DNA of 64,000 nt from Pseudomonadota bacterium. GTDB lineage: Bacteria; Pseudomonadota; Gammaproteobacteria; Burkholderiales; Methylophilaceae. Shown here one piece after another: positions 55,538 through 64,000 of the stretch. Under the pieces are notes generated by a model. The model ran no database searches. It saw only the letters and a program-made list of their open reading frames with translations, and was not told where the DNA came from. Within the stretch, counting starts at the first letter, position 1; each line of letters opens with the position of its first letter. A program made the translations under genes and the position numbers. The stretch is from contig JAKOWL010000214.1 in assembly GCA_029781535.1 (NCBI GenBank), positions 5,550 to 69,549 of the forward strand, in the 5' to 3' direction.

Positions 55538-57430
55538 ATGAAAAAACTAATTACTAAACCCAAAACGATATTTGCTATTGTTCATGACATCCTAGCTTCC
55601 GTGGTTGCTTGGACTTTTGGATTCTCTCTCAGATTTAACTTTGATATTCCAGCGGATTTCATTCGAGTTTTGTTAACAACCATGCCTTGGGTTGTGATGT
55701 TGCAATTAGCTATTTTTATGTATGTAGGGCTATATCAAGGGGTGTGGCGTTTTGCAAGCTTGCCTGATCTTAAACGTATTCTTAAGGCGGTTACATTTTC
55801 GGCGCTTGCAGTAGCTGGAGCATTATTTATGTTAAAGCCCTATGGAGTGATACCGCGTTCTGTATTGATACTAAATCCGGTATTGCTTCTATTGATCATG
55901 GGAGGTAGCCGATTGGCCTATCGTGCCTGGAAGGAGCATAAGTTATATGGATTAACACAGACGTTAGGAAGCCCTGTGCTTGTGCTGGGGGCTGGTGAGG
56001 CTGGTGTTACATTAGTAAAGGATTTGTCTCGTAGTAGCCAGTGGCAGGTGGTGGGTCTGCTAGATAACGATGTCAGTATGATTGGAAGGTCGTTGTTTGG
56101 TGTTAAAGTGCTGGGTAGTTTTTTGCAGTTGGCTCAAATTGTAAAAGCAACAGGGGTAAAACATGTGATTGTGGCAATGCCGGCCACCAATCATCAATTG
56201 CGCAAGGAAGTGGTTGATTTGGCAAATGGTTTGAATTTGGAGGTGTTGACTGTCCCAGCGATCGAGGACTTAATGAGTGGTCGCTTGAGCATCTCCCAAA
56301 TCCGCAAAGTTGAAGTCGAGGATTTGTTGGGGCGTGATGTTGTCACGTTAGATGTTTCCGGCCTAACTCATGCAATCGAGCATCAGACGGTTTTGGTGAG
56401 CGGTGCCGGTGGCTCGATTGGGTCTGAATTGTGTAAGCAAATTCTTAAATTTAGGCCTGCGTTGCTTGTATGTTTAGATGTTTCTGAATATGCGTTATAC
56501 CAGTTAGAGCAAAGTTTTGTTGAAATGACTCAAGATGTACAAAAGCTATTTTTGGTCAGGGATGTAAGGAATGCTGCCAGCATAGTGGAAACATTGAATA
56601 AGTATAAACCCAGTCTTGTTTTTCATGCTGCAGCATATAAGCATGTGCCGATGATGGAAAATTACAATGTATTTGGTGCGTTAGAGAATAATGTATTAGG
56701 CACGTATACGTTAGCTGAGGCAAGCAAGCAAGCCGGTGTGGATCAGTTTGTTCTGATTTCGACAGATAAGGCGGTGAATCCAACCAATGTGATGGGTGCA
56801 AGTAAACGCATGGCAGAGATGGTCTGCCAAGGTTTGCAAGACTCAAAGAGCACTCGGTTTGTGATCGTTAGATTTGGGAATGTGCTCGGAAGCAGCGGAA
56901 GTGTTATTCCAAAATTTCGCGAGCAAATAGCCAAAGGTGGTCCTGTTACGGTCACGCATCCAGAGATTACGCGCTATTTCATGTCTATCCCAGAAGCGGC
57001 CCAGTTGGTGATGCAGGCAGGCTTAATGGGGCGAGGTGGTGAGATATTTGTGTTGGATATGGGGGAGCCGGTTAAAATTGCGGAATTGGCAAAGAATATG
57101 ATTCATTTGTCTGGGTTCGATACTGAGCAGATTAAAATTGTTTATAGCGGTTTACGGCCTGGAGAAAAGTTATATGAAGAGCTTTTGGCTGATGATGAGC
57201 ATACCCTTCCTACGTCACATCCAAAATTGAGAATCGCACAAGCCCGTAAGGCCGATATAATATGGGTAAAGCAATTGCTTGCATGGCTGGATTCGGTTCG
57301 TTTTGAAAACGAGGCGGAAATCAAAAGACAGATAACAGGTTGGGTCGATGAATATCAGGCTCAGCTTGGGTTGCCCGAAGATACCTCCCCCCAGCCCATA
57401 AAAGGTATAAGCAGTACTTTATTACATTAA
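55538..57430 (+). CDS. Membrane-anchored UDP-HexNAc 4,6-dehydratase (CapD/WbpM/PglF family)
   Basis: 630 aa with 4 N-terminal TM helices, two Rossmann folds (LGAGEAG; VSGAGGSIGSE) and a YKHV catalytic motif. Confidence 0.9.
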   Translation: MKKLITKPKTIFAIVHDILASVVAWTFGFSLRFNFDIPADFIRVLLTTMPWVVMLQLAIFMYVGLYQGVWRFASLPDLKRILKAVTFSALAVAGALFMLKPYGVIPRSVLILNPVLLLLIMGGSRLAYRAWKEHKLYGLTQTLGSPVLVLGAGEAGVTLVKDLSRSSQWQVVGLLDNDVSMIGRSLFGVKVLGSFLQLAQIVKATGVKHVIVAMPATNHQLRKEVVDLANGLNLEVLTVPAIEDLMSGRLSISQIRKVEVEDLLGRDVVTLDVSGLTHAIEHQTVLVSGAGGSIGSELCKQILKFRPALLVCLDVSEYALYQLEQSFVEMTQDVQKLFLVRDVRNAASIVETLNKYKPSLVFHAAAYKHVPMMENYNVFGALENNVLGTYTLAEASKQAGVDQFVLISTDKAVNPTNVMGASKRMAEMVCQGLQDSKSTRFVIVRFGNVLGSSGSVIPKFREQIAKGGPVTVTHPEITRYFMSIPEAAQLVMQAGLMGRGGEIFVLDMGEPVKIAELAKNMIHLSGFDTEQIKIVYSGLRPGEKLYEELLADDEHTLPTSHPKLRIAQARKADIIWVKQLLAWLDSVRFENEAEIKRQITGWVDEYQAQLGLPEDTSPQPIKGISSTLLH

Positions 57431-57448
57431 TATTGGTTGAAAGTGTTT

Positions 57449-58312
57449 ATGGTAGCAATAACTAAAGCAGTATTTCCGGTAGCCGGTTTAGGGACGCGCT
57501 TTCTGCCCGCCACCAAGGCTAGTCCCAAAGAGATGTTGCCCATTGTAGATAAGCCGCTAATTCAATACGCAGCGGAAGAGGCGATTGCGGCGGGTGCCAC
57601 GGAGCTTATTTTTATTACAGGGCGTAATAAACGTTCCATTGAAGACCACTTTGATAATGCAGCTGAACTCGAGGCAAGTTTGGAGGCTAGTGGCAAAACA
57701 CAGATGCTTGAAGCGTTAAAAGGGATTTTACCGAGCCATGTGTCATGTATTTTTATTCGTCAACCTAAAGCGCTGGGTTTGGGGCATGCAGTGCTTTGTG
57801 CTAAGCCTGTTGTGGGCGATGCTCCTTTTTCAGTGATATTGGCCGACGACTTGATTGACGCCGATGTTGCAGTAACCAAGCAGATGGCAGATGTGTATGC
57901 TGTGCATAAAGGGTCTGTGCTAGGGGTAGAAGATGTGTTGCCGGAAGATACCGCCAGTTATGGCATTGTGGATGCATTCCCCATCGATCAGAACCTGCTG
58001 CAATTGAAAAGCATCGTAGAAAAACCCAAGCCAGCAGATGCGCCTTCTACATTGGCAGTGGTTGGCAGGTATATCCTGACACCACGGATATTTGATTGTT
58101 TGGAGCGTGTAAAACCAGGCAAGGGTGGTGAGATCCAGTTGACTGATGGCATTGCTGACTTGTTAAGCCAGGAAAGCGTCTATGCGTACCGATTTGCAGG
58201 GAAAAGATACGACTGTGGCAGCAAGCTGGGCTTTATGAAAGCCAATGTGGAACTGGCAATGAAGCATCCGGAAATTGCGCAAGAATTCACGCAATATCTT
58301 AAAGGCTTTTAA
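57449..58312 (+). CDS. galU: UTP-glucose-1-phosphate uridylyltransferase
   Basis: [22 protein letters not shown] motif. ATG 57449 is preferred over TTG 57437. Confidence 0.94.
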   Translation: MVAITKAVFPVAGLGTRFLPATKASPKEMLPIVDKPLIQYAAEEAIAAGATELIFITGRNKRSIEDHFDNAAELEASLEASGKTQMLEALKGILPSHVSCIFIRQPKALGLGHAVLCAKPVVGDAPFSVILADDLIDADVAVTKQMADVYAVHKGSVLGVEDVLPEDTASYGIVDAFPIDQNLLQLKSIVEKPKPADAPSTLAVVGRYILTPRIFDCLERVKPGKGGEIQLTDGIADLLSQESVYAYRFAGKRYDCGSKLGFMKANVELAMKHPEIAQEFTQYLKGF

Positions 58313-58322
58313 TCCAGATTCC

Positions 58323-58871
58323 ATGTCCCAACATACAGACGACCCTCTGCAGTTATTGAAGCAAGCCGAGCTGATTTATGATGCAGCCACAGTAAACCGA
58401 GCGATAAATGCCTTATCTAATGCTTTGACTAAGGATTTTTCCGAACAAAAACCAATAGTGTTATCTGTAATGACAGGTGCCAGTTATTTGCTAGGGCAAT
58501 TATTATCGACACTGGAGTTCCCGTTAGAGGTGGGTTATGTTCATGCTACGCGTTACCATGGACAAACGCTCGGAAAGACGCTAAGTTGGAAAGTCAGGCC
58601 AGAAAAAGTCGCAAATCGCCATGTGTTGATTCTGGACGATATTTTAGATGAGGGCATTACGCTGCGTTCTATTGTGGACGAATGTATACAGCTAGGAGCG
58701 CTGTCAGTCAAAACAGCTGTGTTGGCTGATAAACAATTATCCATAGAGAAACCAATTAAAGCCGATTATGTTGCGCTCAGCGTACCAGATAAATATGTTT
58801 TTGGCTGTGGAATGGATGTATTTGGATGGTGGAGAAACTTGCCATGTATTTACGCCCTGAATGATAGCTAA
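58323..58871 (+). CDS. hpt: Hypoxanthine-guanine phosphoribosyltransferase
   Basis: 182 aa from ATG 58323 with the PRPP-binding motif VLILDDILDEGITL. The track ORF's 5' extension overlaps galU. Confidence 0.88.
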   Translation: MSQHTDDPLQLLKQAELIYDAATVNRAINALSNALTKDFSEQKPIVLSVMTGASYLLGQLLSTLEFPLEVGYVHATRYHGQTLGKTLSWKVRPEKVANRHVLILDDILDEGITLRSIVDECIQLGALSVKTAVLADKQLSIEKPIKADYVALSVPDKYVFGCGMDVFGWWRNLPCIYALNDS

Positions 58872-58962
58872 GTTATGTGAATTTAACTCGGTTAAGTTAA
58901 AATCCGACGAATGATTGACGATGATGTTGAAAAATCGCCTTCTCCTTGAGGAAGAACGTACA

Positions 58963-58981
58963 AATATGTTTTTAACATATT
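58963..58981. promoter_or_regulatory. Perfect palindrome AATATGTT-TTT-AACATATT upstream of the LuxR-type EPS regulator
   Basis: 8-bp arms with a 3-nt spacer, ending 9 nt before the first possible start codon (58990). Confidence 0.3.
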
Positions 58982-58989
58982 GATTTTTA

Positions 58990-59844
58990 ATGAAAAATGT
59001 AAAAGGAAAATCTGGTATTAAAACTGCATTAATAAGCTCATCTACAGATAAAGAGCCCAAGGGGACTGTTATGAGCGATAAAAATGTTTCGAGTCAAAAC
59101 TGGGAAAAAGTGTTTGGTGTGATTCAGAAGTCATTTTCTATTCACAAGCATGTGGACTTTTTCAATTGGCTGCAAGAGAGTGTACGGAATGTTTTGCCTC
59201 ACGATATCCTTGTGGCGGCGTGGGGGGATTTTTCCACCGGAGAACTCAATTTCGATGTGTCTTCCAATATCGAAGATATTCGTACGCAAAAGCTGATGGA
59301 TGCACCTGGTGTTTTTGCTTATCTCATGACCAATTTGCATCAGCGTTGGCTGGATAATGGTGAAAGATGGTATCGCATCAATTTCTTTGATGCTTCTGGC
59401 ATCAATGCGCAATCCCCCACTGCCTTTACACATAAACTAATTGGTATGAATTCACTATTGGTGTATGGCGTGCGCGACACAAGAGGAAAAAATGATTGTA
59501 TATATGTATTTTTCGATCGTGCGCGTGAGTTTCAGGTACAGCACTCTGTGCTAGGCTTGTTAATGCCTCATGTAGACGCTGCATTGCGTCGAGTAGAATA
59601 TATGGAGTCGCCTGCGGTAGAAGACGATACTGTTGACGGTCTGAGCCTTGGTGGTTTGAGTGAGCGTGAGCTGGAAATATTGCACTGGGTCAAGTCAGGC
59701 AAGACCAATCTCGAGATTGGTATGATTTTGACAATCAGTCCCAATACCGTTAAGAACCATTTAAAACGAATTTTTCAAAAATTGGATGTAACGTGTAGAG
59801 CGCAAGCCGTGGCAAAATACACGCCTCAAAGCTTGTCCTCATAG
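58990..59844 (+). CDS. epsA: LuxR-family transcriptional regulator, EpsA-like (EPS/PEP-CTERM locus-associated)
   Basis: C-terminal HTH LSERELEILHWVKSGKTNLEIGMILTISPNTVKNHLKRIFQKL. Sits directly before an EpsB-type sugar transferase. The start could instead be Met at 59071. Confidence 0.8.
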   Translation: MKNVKGKSGIKTALISSSTDKEPKGTVMSDKNVSSQNWEKVFGVIQKSFSIHKHVDFFNWLQESVRNVLPHDILVAAWGDFSTGELNFDVSSNIEDIRTQKLMDAPGVFAYLMTNLHQRWLDNGERWYRINFFDASGINAQSPTAFTHKLIGMNSLLVYGVRDTRGKNDCIYVFFDRAREFQVQHSVLGLLMPHVDAALRRVEYMESPAVEDDTVDGLSLGGLSERELEILHWVKSGKTNLEIGMILTISPNTVKNHLKRIFQKLDVTCRAQAVAKYTPQSLSS

Positions 59845-59850
59845 GAAATT

Positions 59851-61299
59851 ATGGTGATACATACTAAACCAAGACCTATTCTACAGCGTAGAGTAGGATT
59901 GGTGAATTTTTTGCAGCCTTTTTTGGATGGACTGGCTGTTCTATTGGTTGCGTGGGTAGTGATAGATGTCAATATTGGGTTTTTGACCCAGGATTACATC
60001 ATCCTGCTGTTAGTTTTGCTTGGCGCGATGTCTGTCTTGTACGACCGTTATGGTATATATCGCACCAGTTCTAATTTTGCTGGCAAACTATTTAGTTTGT
60101 TCAACGCTTGGTCGCTCTCCTTTCTTGGTTTGATTTTGCTAGGGTTTTTATCTAAGCAAACTGAAATATATTCCCGTATAGCTGTCACTGAGATTTATGT
60201 TCTAGGTTTTTTCGCGCAGAGTCTATTACATTTTGTTGTCCGTAAAATCAATCAAACAGTAAATAGACATTCCCAGTCTGTCGAAAATGCGATTATCGTC
60301 GGCCAAGGACAACTTGCCGATTATCTGGAATTCAAAATTTCCTCTAATCCTTGGTTACACCAACGAGTCATTGGCACCGTGTCGATTGCTGAAGAAGAAC
60401 TAGCTAAAAAGAAGGGCAAGAAAAGAACCGGGTTAAATGCGACTTTTAATCGAAATGCGATTGTTTTAGGGCAGGTTGCCGAGTTGCCTAGTTTGATTGA
60501 TGAGCACAATATTTCTACTATATATATCGTGACTCCTTTAGAAGCTTCCAAGGTGCTTGAGGATTTGTATTTTGTCCTGATTGATAAACATGTTTCTATA
60601 CATTGGGTTCCGGATATCTTCTCTTTGCGCCTCATTAATCACAGTGTGAGAGAAATTGCAGGCGTGCCTGTGCTGACATTGTCAGAAACACCTTTAACCG
60701 GGGTGAGCAAGCTGGCTAAAGCAATAGAAGATAGAGTGCTGGCCTTTTTGATTTTGGTCTTCATTAGCCCAGTTTTGCTATTAGTGGCTATAGCTGTCAA
60801 GCTTGACAGTCCTGGGCCCGTATTTTTCAAGCAGAAACGTGCTGGTTGGAATGGTAAGACATTTAATATATGGAAATTTCGAAGCATGCGTGTAGAAACG
60901 CAGGTGCGTGATACAGAAGAACTCAAGCAAGCACAGCGTGATGATCCACGTGTGACTAAGGTAGGTGGATTTATACGCAAAACTAGTCTGGATGAATTGC
61001 CACAATTGTTCAATGTGCTTATTGGTGATATGTCACTGGTGGGTCCAAGACCGCATGCAATACAACACGACGAGGTATATTCACAGCGTATAAGCGATTA
61101 TTATGCCAGACATAATATTAAGCCCGGCATTACTGGTTTGGCGCAGGTGAGAGGATATCGTGGTGAGACGAAAGAAATCGATCAGATGACCAAAAGAATC
61201 GAGTCGGATATCGAATACATCAACAATTGGTCTATATGGTTGGATTTGTCTATCATCGCGCGTACTGTTACTGCTTTCACCGGGAAATCGGCATATTAG
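59851..61299 (+). CDS. epsB: Polyprenyl-phosphate hexose-1-phosphate transferase (large WcaJ/EpsB-type PGT)
   Basis: 482 aa with 4 N-terminal TM helices, a cytoplasmic loop domain, and a C-terminal catalytic domain with DELPQLFNVL and VGPRPH. Confidence 0.9.
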   Translation: MVIHTKPRPILQRRVGLVNFLQPFLDGLAVLLVAWVVIDVNIGFLTQDYIILLLVLLGAMSVLYDRYGIYRTSSNFAGKLFSLFNAWSLSFLGLILLGFLSKQTEIYSRIAVTEIYVLGFFAQSLLHFVVRKINQTVNRHSQSVENAIIVGQGQLADYLEFKISSNPWLHQRVIGTVSIAEEELAKKKGKKRTGLNATFNRNAIVLGQVAELPSLIDEHNISTIYIVTPLEASKVLEDLYFVLIDKHVSIHWVPDIFSLRLINHSVREIAGVPVLTLSETPLTGVSKLAKAIEDRVLAFLILVFISPVLLLVAIAVKLDSPGPVFFKQKRAGWNGKTFNIWKFRSMRVETQVRDTEELKQAQRDDPRVTKVGGFIRKTSLDELPQLFNVLIGDMSLVGPRPHAIQHDEVYSQRISDYYARHNIKPGITGLAQVRGYRGETKEIDQMTKRIESDIEYINNWSIWLDLSIIARTVTAFTGKSAY

Positions 61300-61370
61300 T
61301 GTTTTTGTTGTTTAAATTTAAAAAGTTACTCTGTTTTAAGTATAATTTACTTTAAAAAGATGGGTATTTT

Positions 61371-61400
61371 TAAAAAAAAGGCGACAAGCCTTTTTTTTTA
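61371..61400 (+). terminator. A8-GGC-gacaa-GCC-T9 hairpin; weak or bidirectional terminator-like element
   Basis: Seen 72 nt after the epsB stop. There are only 3 GC pairs and the rest is A:T. Confidence 0.3.
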
Positions 61401-61426
61401 TATTATTGTATTGGCTGGAGGATACT

Positions 61427-61978
61427 ATGAATATTAAACTCATTACATCAACTATTTTAGCCGCTTTGGTCTATACCTCTGTGGCATTTGGTGCCGAACC
61501 ATATCGACTGCATGAAGGTGATATGTTGCAAGTCTCCGTTTGGGGTGAAGATACTTTGCAAAAGGAAGTAAGAGTGCTTCCTGACGGAAGTATTTCTTTC
61601 CCGCTAGCTGGTCGAGTAGAGGTCGCAAATTTGTCAACACCTGAAGTTGAAAAACAAATTACTGAAAAATTAAAAACTTACTTGCCTGACCCGCAAGTGA
61701 CTGTTGTTGTATCTAATATCGAAGGTAATCGTGCTTATATTGCTGGTAAGGTACTAAGACCAGGTGCAATTTTGATTACAGGCCCAGTGACTGTTTTGCA
61801 AGCAATCAGCATGGCTGGTGGTTTGGATAAGTTTGCTGATGATGGCGCTGTCAAAATTATCCGTAGGGAAGGTAATAAGCAAAATGTTTTGTCTGTGAAT
61901 TACGATAAGTTAATAAAAGGACAAAGCCTGGAGTCGAACGTTTTGCTTTCATCGGGTGACACCGTCGTGGTTCCTTAA
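61427..61978 (+). CDS. Periplasmic polysaccharide export protein (Wza/EpsE-like: Poly_export plus one SLBB domain)
   Basis: 183 aa from ATG 61427 (GGAGG RBS) with a signal peptide, PYRLHEGDMLQVSVWGE and a SLBB-like AYIAGKVLRPG. Confidence 0.85.
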   Translation: MNIKLITSTILAALVYTSVAFGAEPYRLHEGDMLQVSVWGEDTLQKEVRVLPDGSISFPLAGRVEVANLSTPEVEKQITEKLKTYLPDPQVTVVVSNIEGNRAYIAGKVLRPGAILITGPVTVLQAISMAGGLDKFADDGAVKIIRREGNKQNVLSVNYDKLIKGQSLESNVLLSSGDTVVVP

Positions 61979-62017
61979 CCGCGTATTTATAAAGTATCTT
62001 GCTTTAAATAGAGGTTT

Positions 62018-63142
62018 TTGTTGTTAAGTTACGATAAGCGATTTACCCGAGTGCTGCTTGCTGCGTCAGTGCTGACTGGGACCCTGACACCCATTTCGGC
62101 TAAAGCACTTATTGTGTTGCAGCAAGCACGATTGCCGGCATCGATTGAATATGATTCAAACCCGACGATGTCTGACAAGAATAAACAATCGGTATGGCGC
62201 TACACACTCAATCCAACTTATAAAATCACTGGGACAAATGGGCTTTCCTCATGGTTTCTTGATGCTGGGCTGCGTTTTCAACGCTCATCAGATCGCAACA
62301 TCAGCATCGACCGTGAAGATCCTTCTGTAGGAATTGGCTGGGAGCGGGAGTTTGACCGAGGTAAATTAAGCGCGATTGCCAATTATGCCGAAACCAGTAC
62401 TCGTTTCTCTGAGTTTGAGGCTGGTACAGGGATAGTGCAAAAAGATGGGACCTCGACAACTAAATCCTTATCTATTAATGGCAGTCGTTTATTGACTGAG
62501 AGACTGTCTGGCTCCGCTGGTATGAGCTACCGTAAAATTGACTACAGCGGTACTCCCTTAAACAATTACAGCTCTAAAGGTGTGAATTTTGGCCTAACTT
62601 ATTTATATAATGAAAAGTTGAGTCCTTTTTTGCAGCTTGGGCTTAGTGATTACAATCCAAGCAATCCCAATGCCAATGGTAATACTTCAAGAAGTATTAC
62701 TTTAGGGACAAGCTATTTGATTTCGCCTCAGCTTTCTTCCAATTTTGGGGTGGGTATTAATCGGGTTTCATCAAACGGTAGTGCTTGGATAGGAAATGCG
62801 GGATTAACCTATGACGGTAACCGACATCACTATTTGTTAACTTATGCTCGTTCTGTAAACGCAACCGGGTTGGGCGGCTTTCAAGAGTCCGACAGGATTG
62901 GCTTGAATTACATATTTGACTTAACCAATACTAGCCGGTTGGGTGCTGATTACTCTCTTATTAAAAACAAAAGCATCAACAATAACGAGACAGAACGCTT
63001 GTCAGGATGGTATTCACGTCAGTTAACCCAGTTCTGGGATTTTAAATTTACGTTAGATCATAAAAAACTGAAGGGGGCTGGAAAATCTGTCGACGCAGAT
63101 ATTGCAGGGATTACTCTCAGTTATCAATGGCCGCAATTTTAA
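62018..63142 (+). CDS. Outer-membrane beta-barrel protein of the EPS export locus (EpsL-like)
   Basis: 374 aa with alternating beta-strand pattern throughout and a C-terminal aromatic residue (…YQWPQF). The start codon is uncertain (TTG 62018 or a later GTG). Confidence 0.7.
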   Translation: MLLSYDKRFTRVLLAASVLTGTLTPISAKALIVLQQARLPASIEYDSNPTMSDKNKQSVWRYTLNPTYKITGTNGLSSWFLDAGLRFQRSSDRNISIDREDPSVGIGWEREFDRGKLSAIANYAETSTRFSEFEAGTGIVQKDGTSTTKSLSINGSRLLTERLSGSAGMSYRKIDYSGTPLNNYSSKGVNFGLTYLYNEKLSPFLQLGLSDYNPSNPNANGNTSRSITLGTSYLISPQLSSNFGVGINRVSSNGSAWIGNAGLTYDGNRHHYLLTYARSVNATGLGGFQESDRIGLNYIFDLTNTSRLGADYSLIKNKSINNNETERLSGWYSRQLTQFWDFKFTLDHKKLKGAGKSVDADIAGITLSYQWPQF

Positions 63143-63157
63143 GGTAGACGATTAAAG

Positions 63158-64000
63158 ATGGCAGCGGATTACGAATTATCGTTAGACGATTATATTTCTA
63201 TAATAAAACGCCGTTGGCATTATATGCTTGCGGTATTTTTATTGGCAATGGTAGCAGCAATCGCTACTGCCATTTTACTGCCGCCTGTATACCAATCCAC
63301 AGGTACAATCCTCGTTGAGTCACAACATATTCCATCAGATTTGGTTAAAGCGACTGTGACTAGCTATGCAGACGAACGCATTGAGGTTATCAAGCAGCGT
63401 GTTATGACGCGAGATAATCTCTATCGCATCATCCAGAAATACAATTTATACGCAGATGAATTGCAGAAAGAAACTATTTCTACACTTATCAATGAAATGA
63501 GGGACAGTATCTCTGTTGACTTGCTAAGTGCCAATGTAGAGGGTTCGAGAGGGGCGAAGGCCACGATTGCTTTTAAGGTAGGGTTTGAGTATAAAAAGCC
63601 AGAGGTTGCTCATAAAGTTGCAAACGAATTAGTTACCTTATTTCTAGATGAGAATGTCAAAGCAAGAACAGAGCGTGCGACAGAGACAACAGAGTTTTTG
63701 ACGCAGGAGGTTGAGCGGTTAAAAACAGAGCTTGAGACAGTAGAGAATAAAGTTGCCACCTATAAGCAGGCACATGCCAATTCTCTCCCAGAACATATGG
63801 AAATGTACATGGGAATGCTGCAGCGTGCTGAGACTGAACTTCAAGAGACAGATCGTGAATATAAAAGCACTCAAGAAGAACTCCGATATCTGGATGTCGA
63901 ACTGACGGCTGCGAAAGCAAACGATAAATCCAATCCGGAAACTCAAGTTTCTGAAGCTATTTCTGAGCTTGATAAAGCCAAAGCTGAATTGGAACGAGCC
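63158..64000 (+). CDS. Polysaccharide chain-length determinant (Wzz/PCP family, EpsF-like), 5' part only
   Basis: Open frame from ATG 63158 to the window end. Has the Wzz N-terminal motif (DDYISIIKRRWHYML, a TM helix, then PPVYQSTGTILVE) followed by a long coiled coil. It is absent from the ORF track because it has no stop in the window. Confidence 0.85.
   Translation, partial: MAADYELSLDDYISIIKRRWHYMLAVFLLAMVAAIATAILLPPVYQSTGTILVESQHIPSDLVKATVTSYADERIEVIKQRVMTRDNLYRIIQKYNLYADELQKETISTLINEMRDSISVDLLSANVEGSRGAKATIAFKVGFEYKKPEVAHKVANELVTLFLDENVKARTERATETTEFLTQEVERLKTELETVENKVATYKQAHANSLPEHMEMYMGMLQRAETELQETDREYKSTQEELRYLDVELTAAKANDKSNPETQVSEAISELDKAKAELERA

Noticed and set aside
1-64000. Scanned intergenic regions for tRNA, rRNA, tmRNA, IS transposases, phage genes and toxin-antitoxin pairs
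   Set aside because: No cloverleaf-like or rRNA-like sequence and no transposase or phage structural motifs were recognised. The only recombinase is intI. Small ncRNAs cannot be excluded by eye.

Overview
This is a 64-kb chromosomal segment that looks like a methylotrophic betaproteobacterium. That is an inference from the gyrA-serC-pheA-hisC order, pqqABCDE, formate-THF ligase and a methanolan/PEP-CTERM-type EPS locus. A Methylophilaceae-like origin is a guess I cannot verify here. About 60 CDS are supported.

Left third (0-31 kb): gyrA, aromatic and serine/histidine biosynthesis genes, pqqA-E followed by a coupled methyltransferase-MFS pair, and uup. It also holds a complete assimilatory sulfate-reduction operon (tauE-cysI-DUF934-cysH-cysD-cysN, then fdxA) with a divergent cysB-like regulator, fhs and several conserved genes, and a tight CHASE2 / SH3b / M48-peptidase operon.

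Middle (about 31.7-36.5 kb): a visibly AT-richer accessory patch that ends in an intact integron integrase. The integrase faces a divergent array of short ORFs separated by two clearly related attC sites. This is the most interesting part of the window, a small chromosomal integron whose cargo has no recognisable function.

Right third: rmuC, moaDE, a LonC-like protease, hslR, then two back-to-back polysaccharide loci. The first is a Wzx/Wzy-type locus with three methyltransferases, an amidotransferase, a relic glycosyltransferase, a G9 tract inside wzx and a 9-bp in-frame tandem repeat in the putative polymerase. The second is the start of an EpsA/EpsB-type (PEP-CTERM-associated) export locus that runs off the window.

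No rRNA, tRNA or CRISPR array was seen. All product calls rest on motif recognition in the translated ORFs. No database search was possible, and start codons are best guesses.
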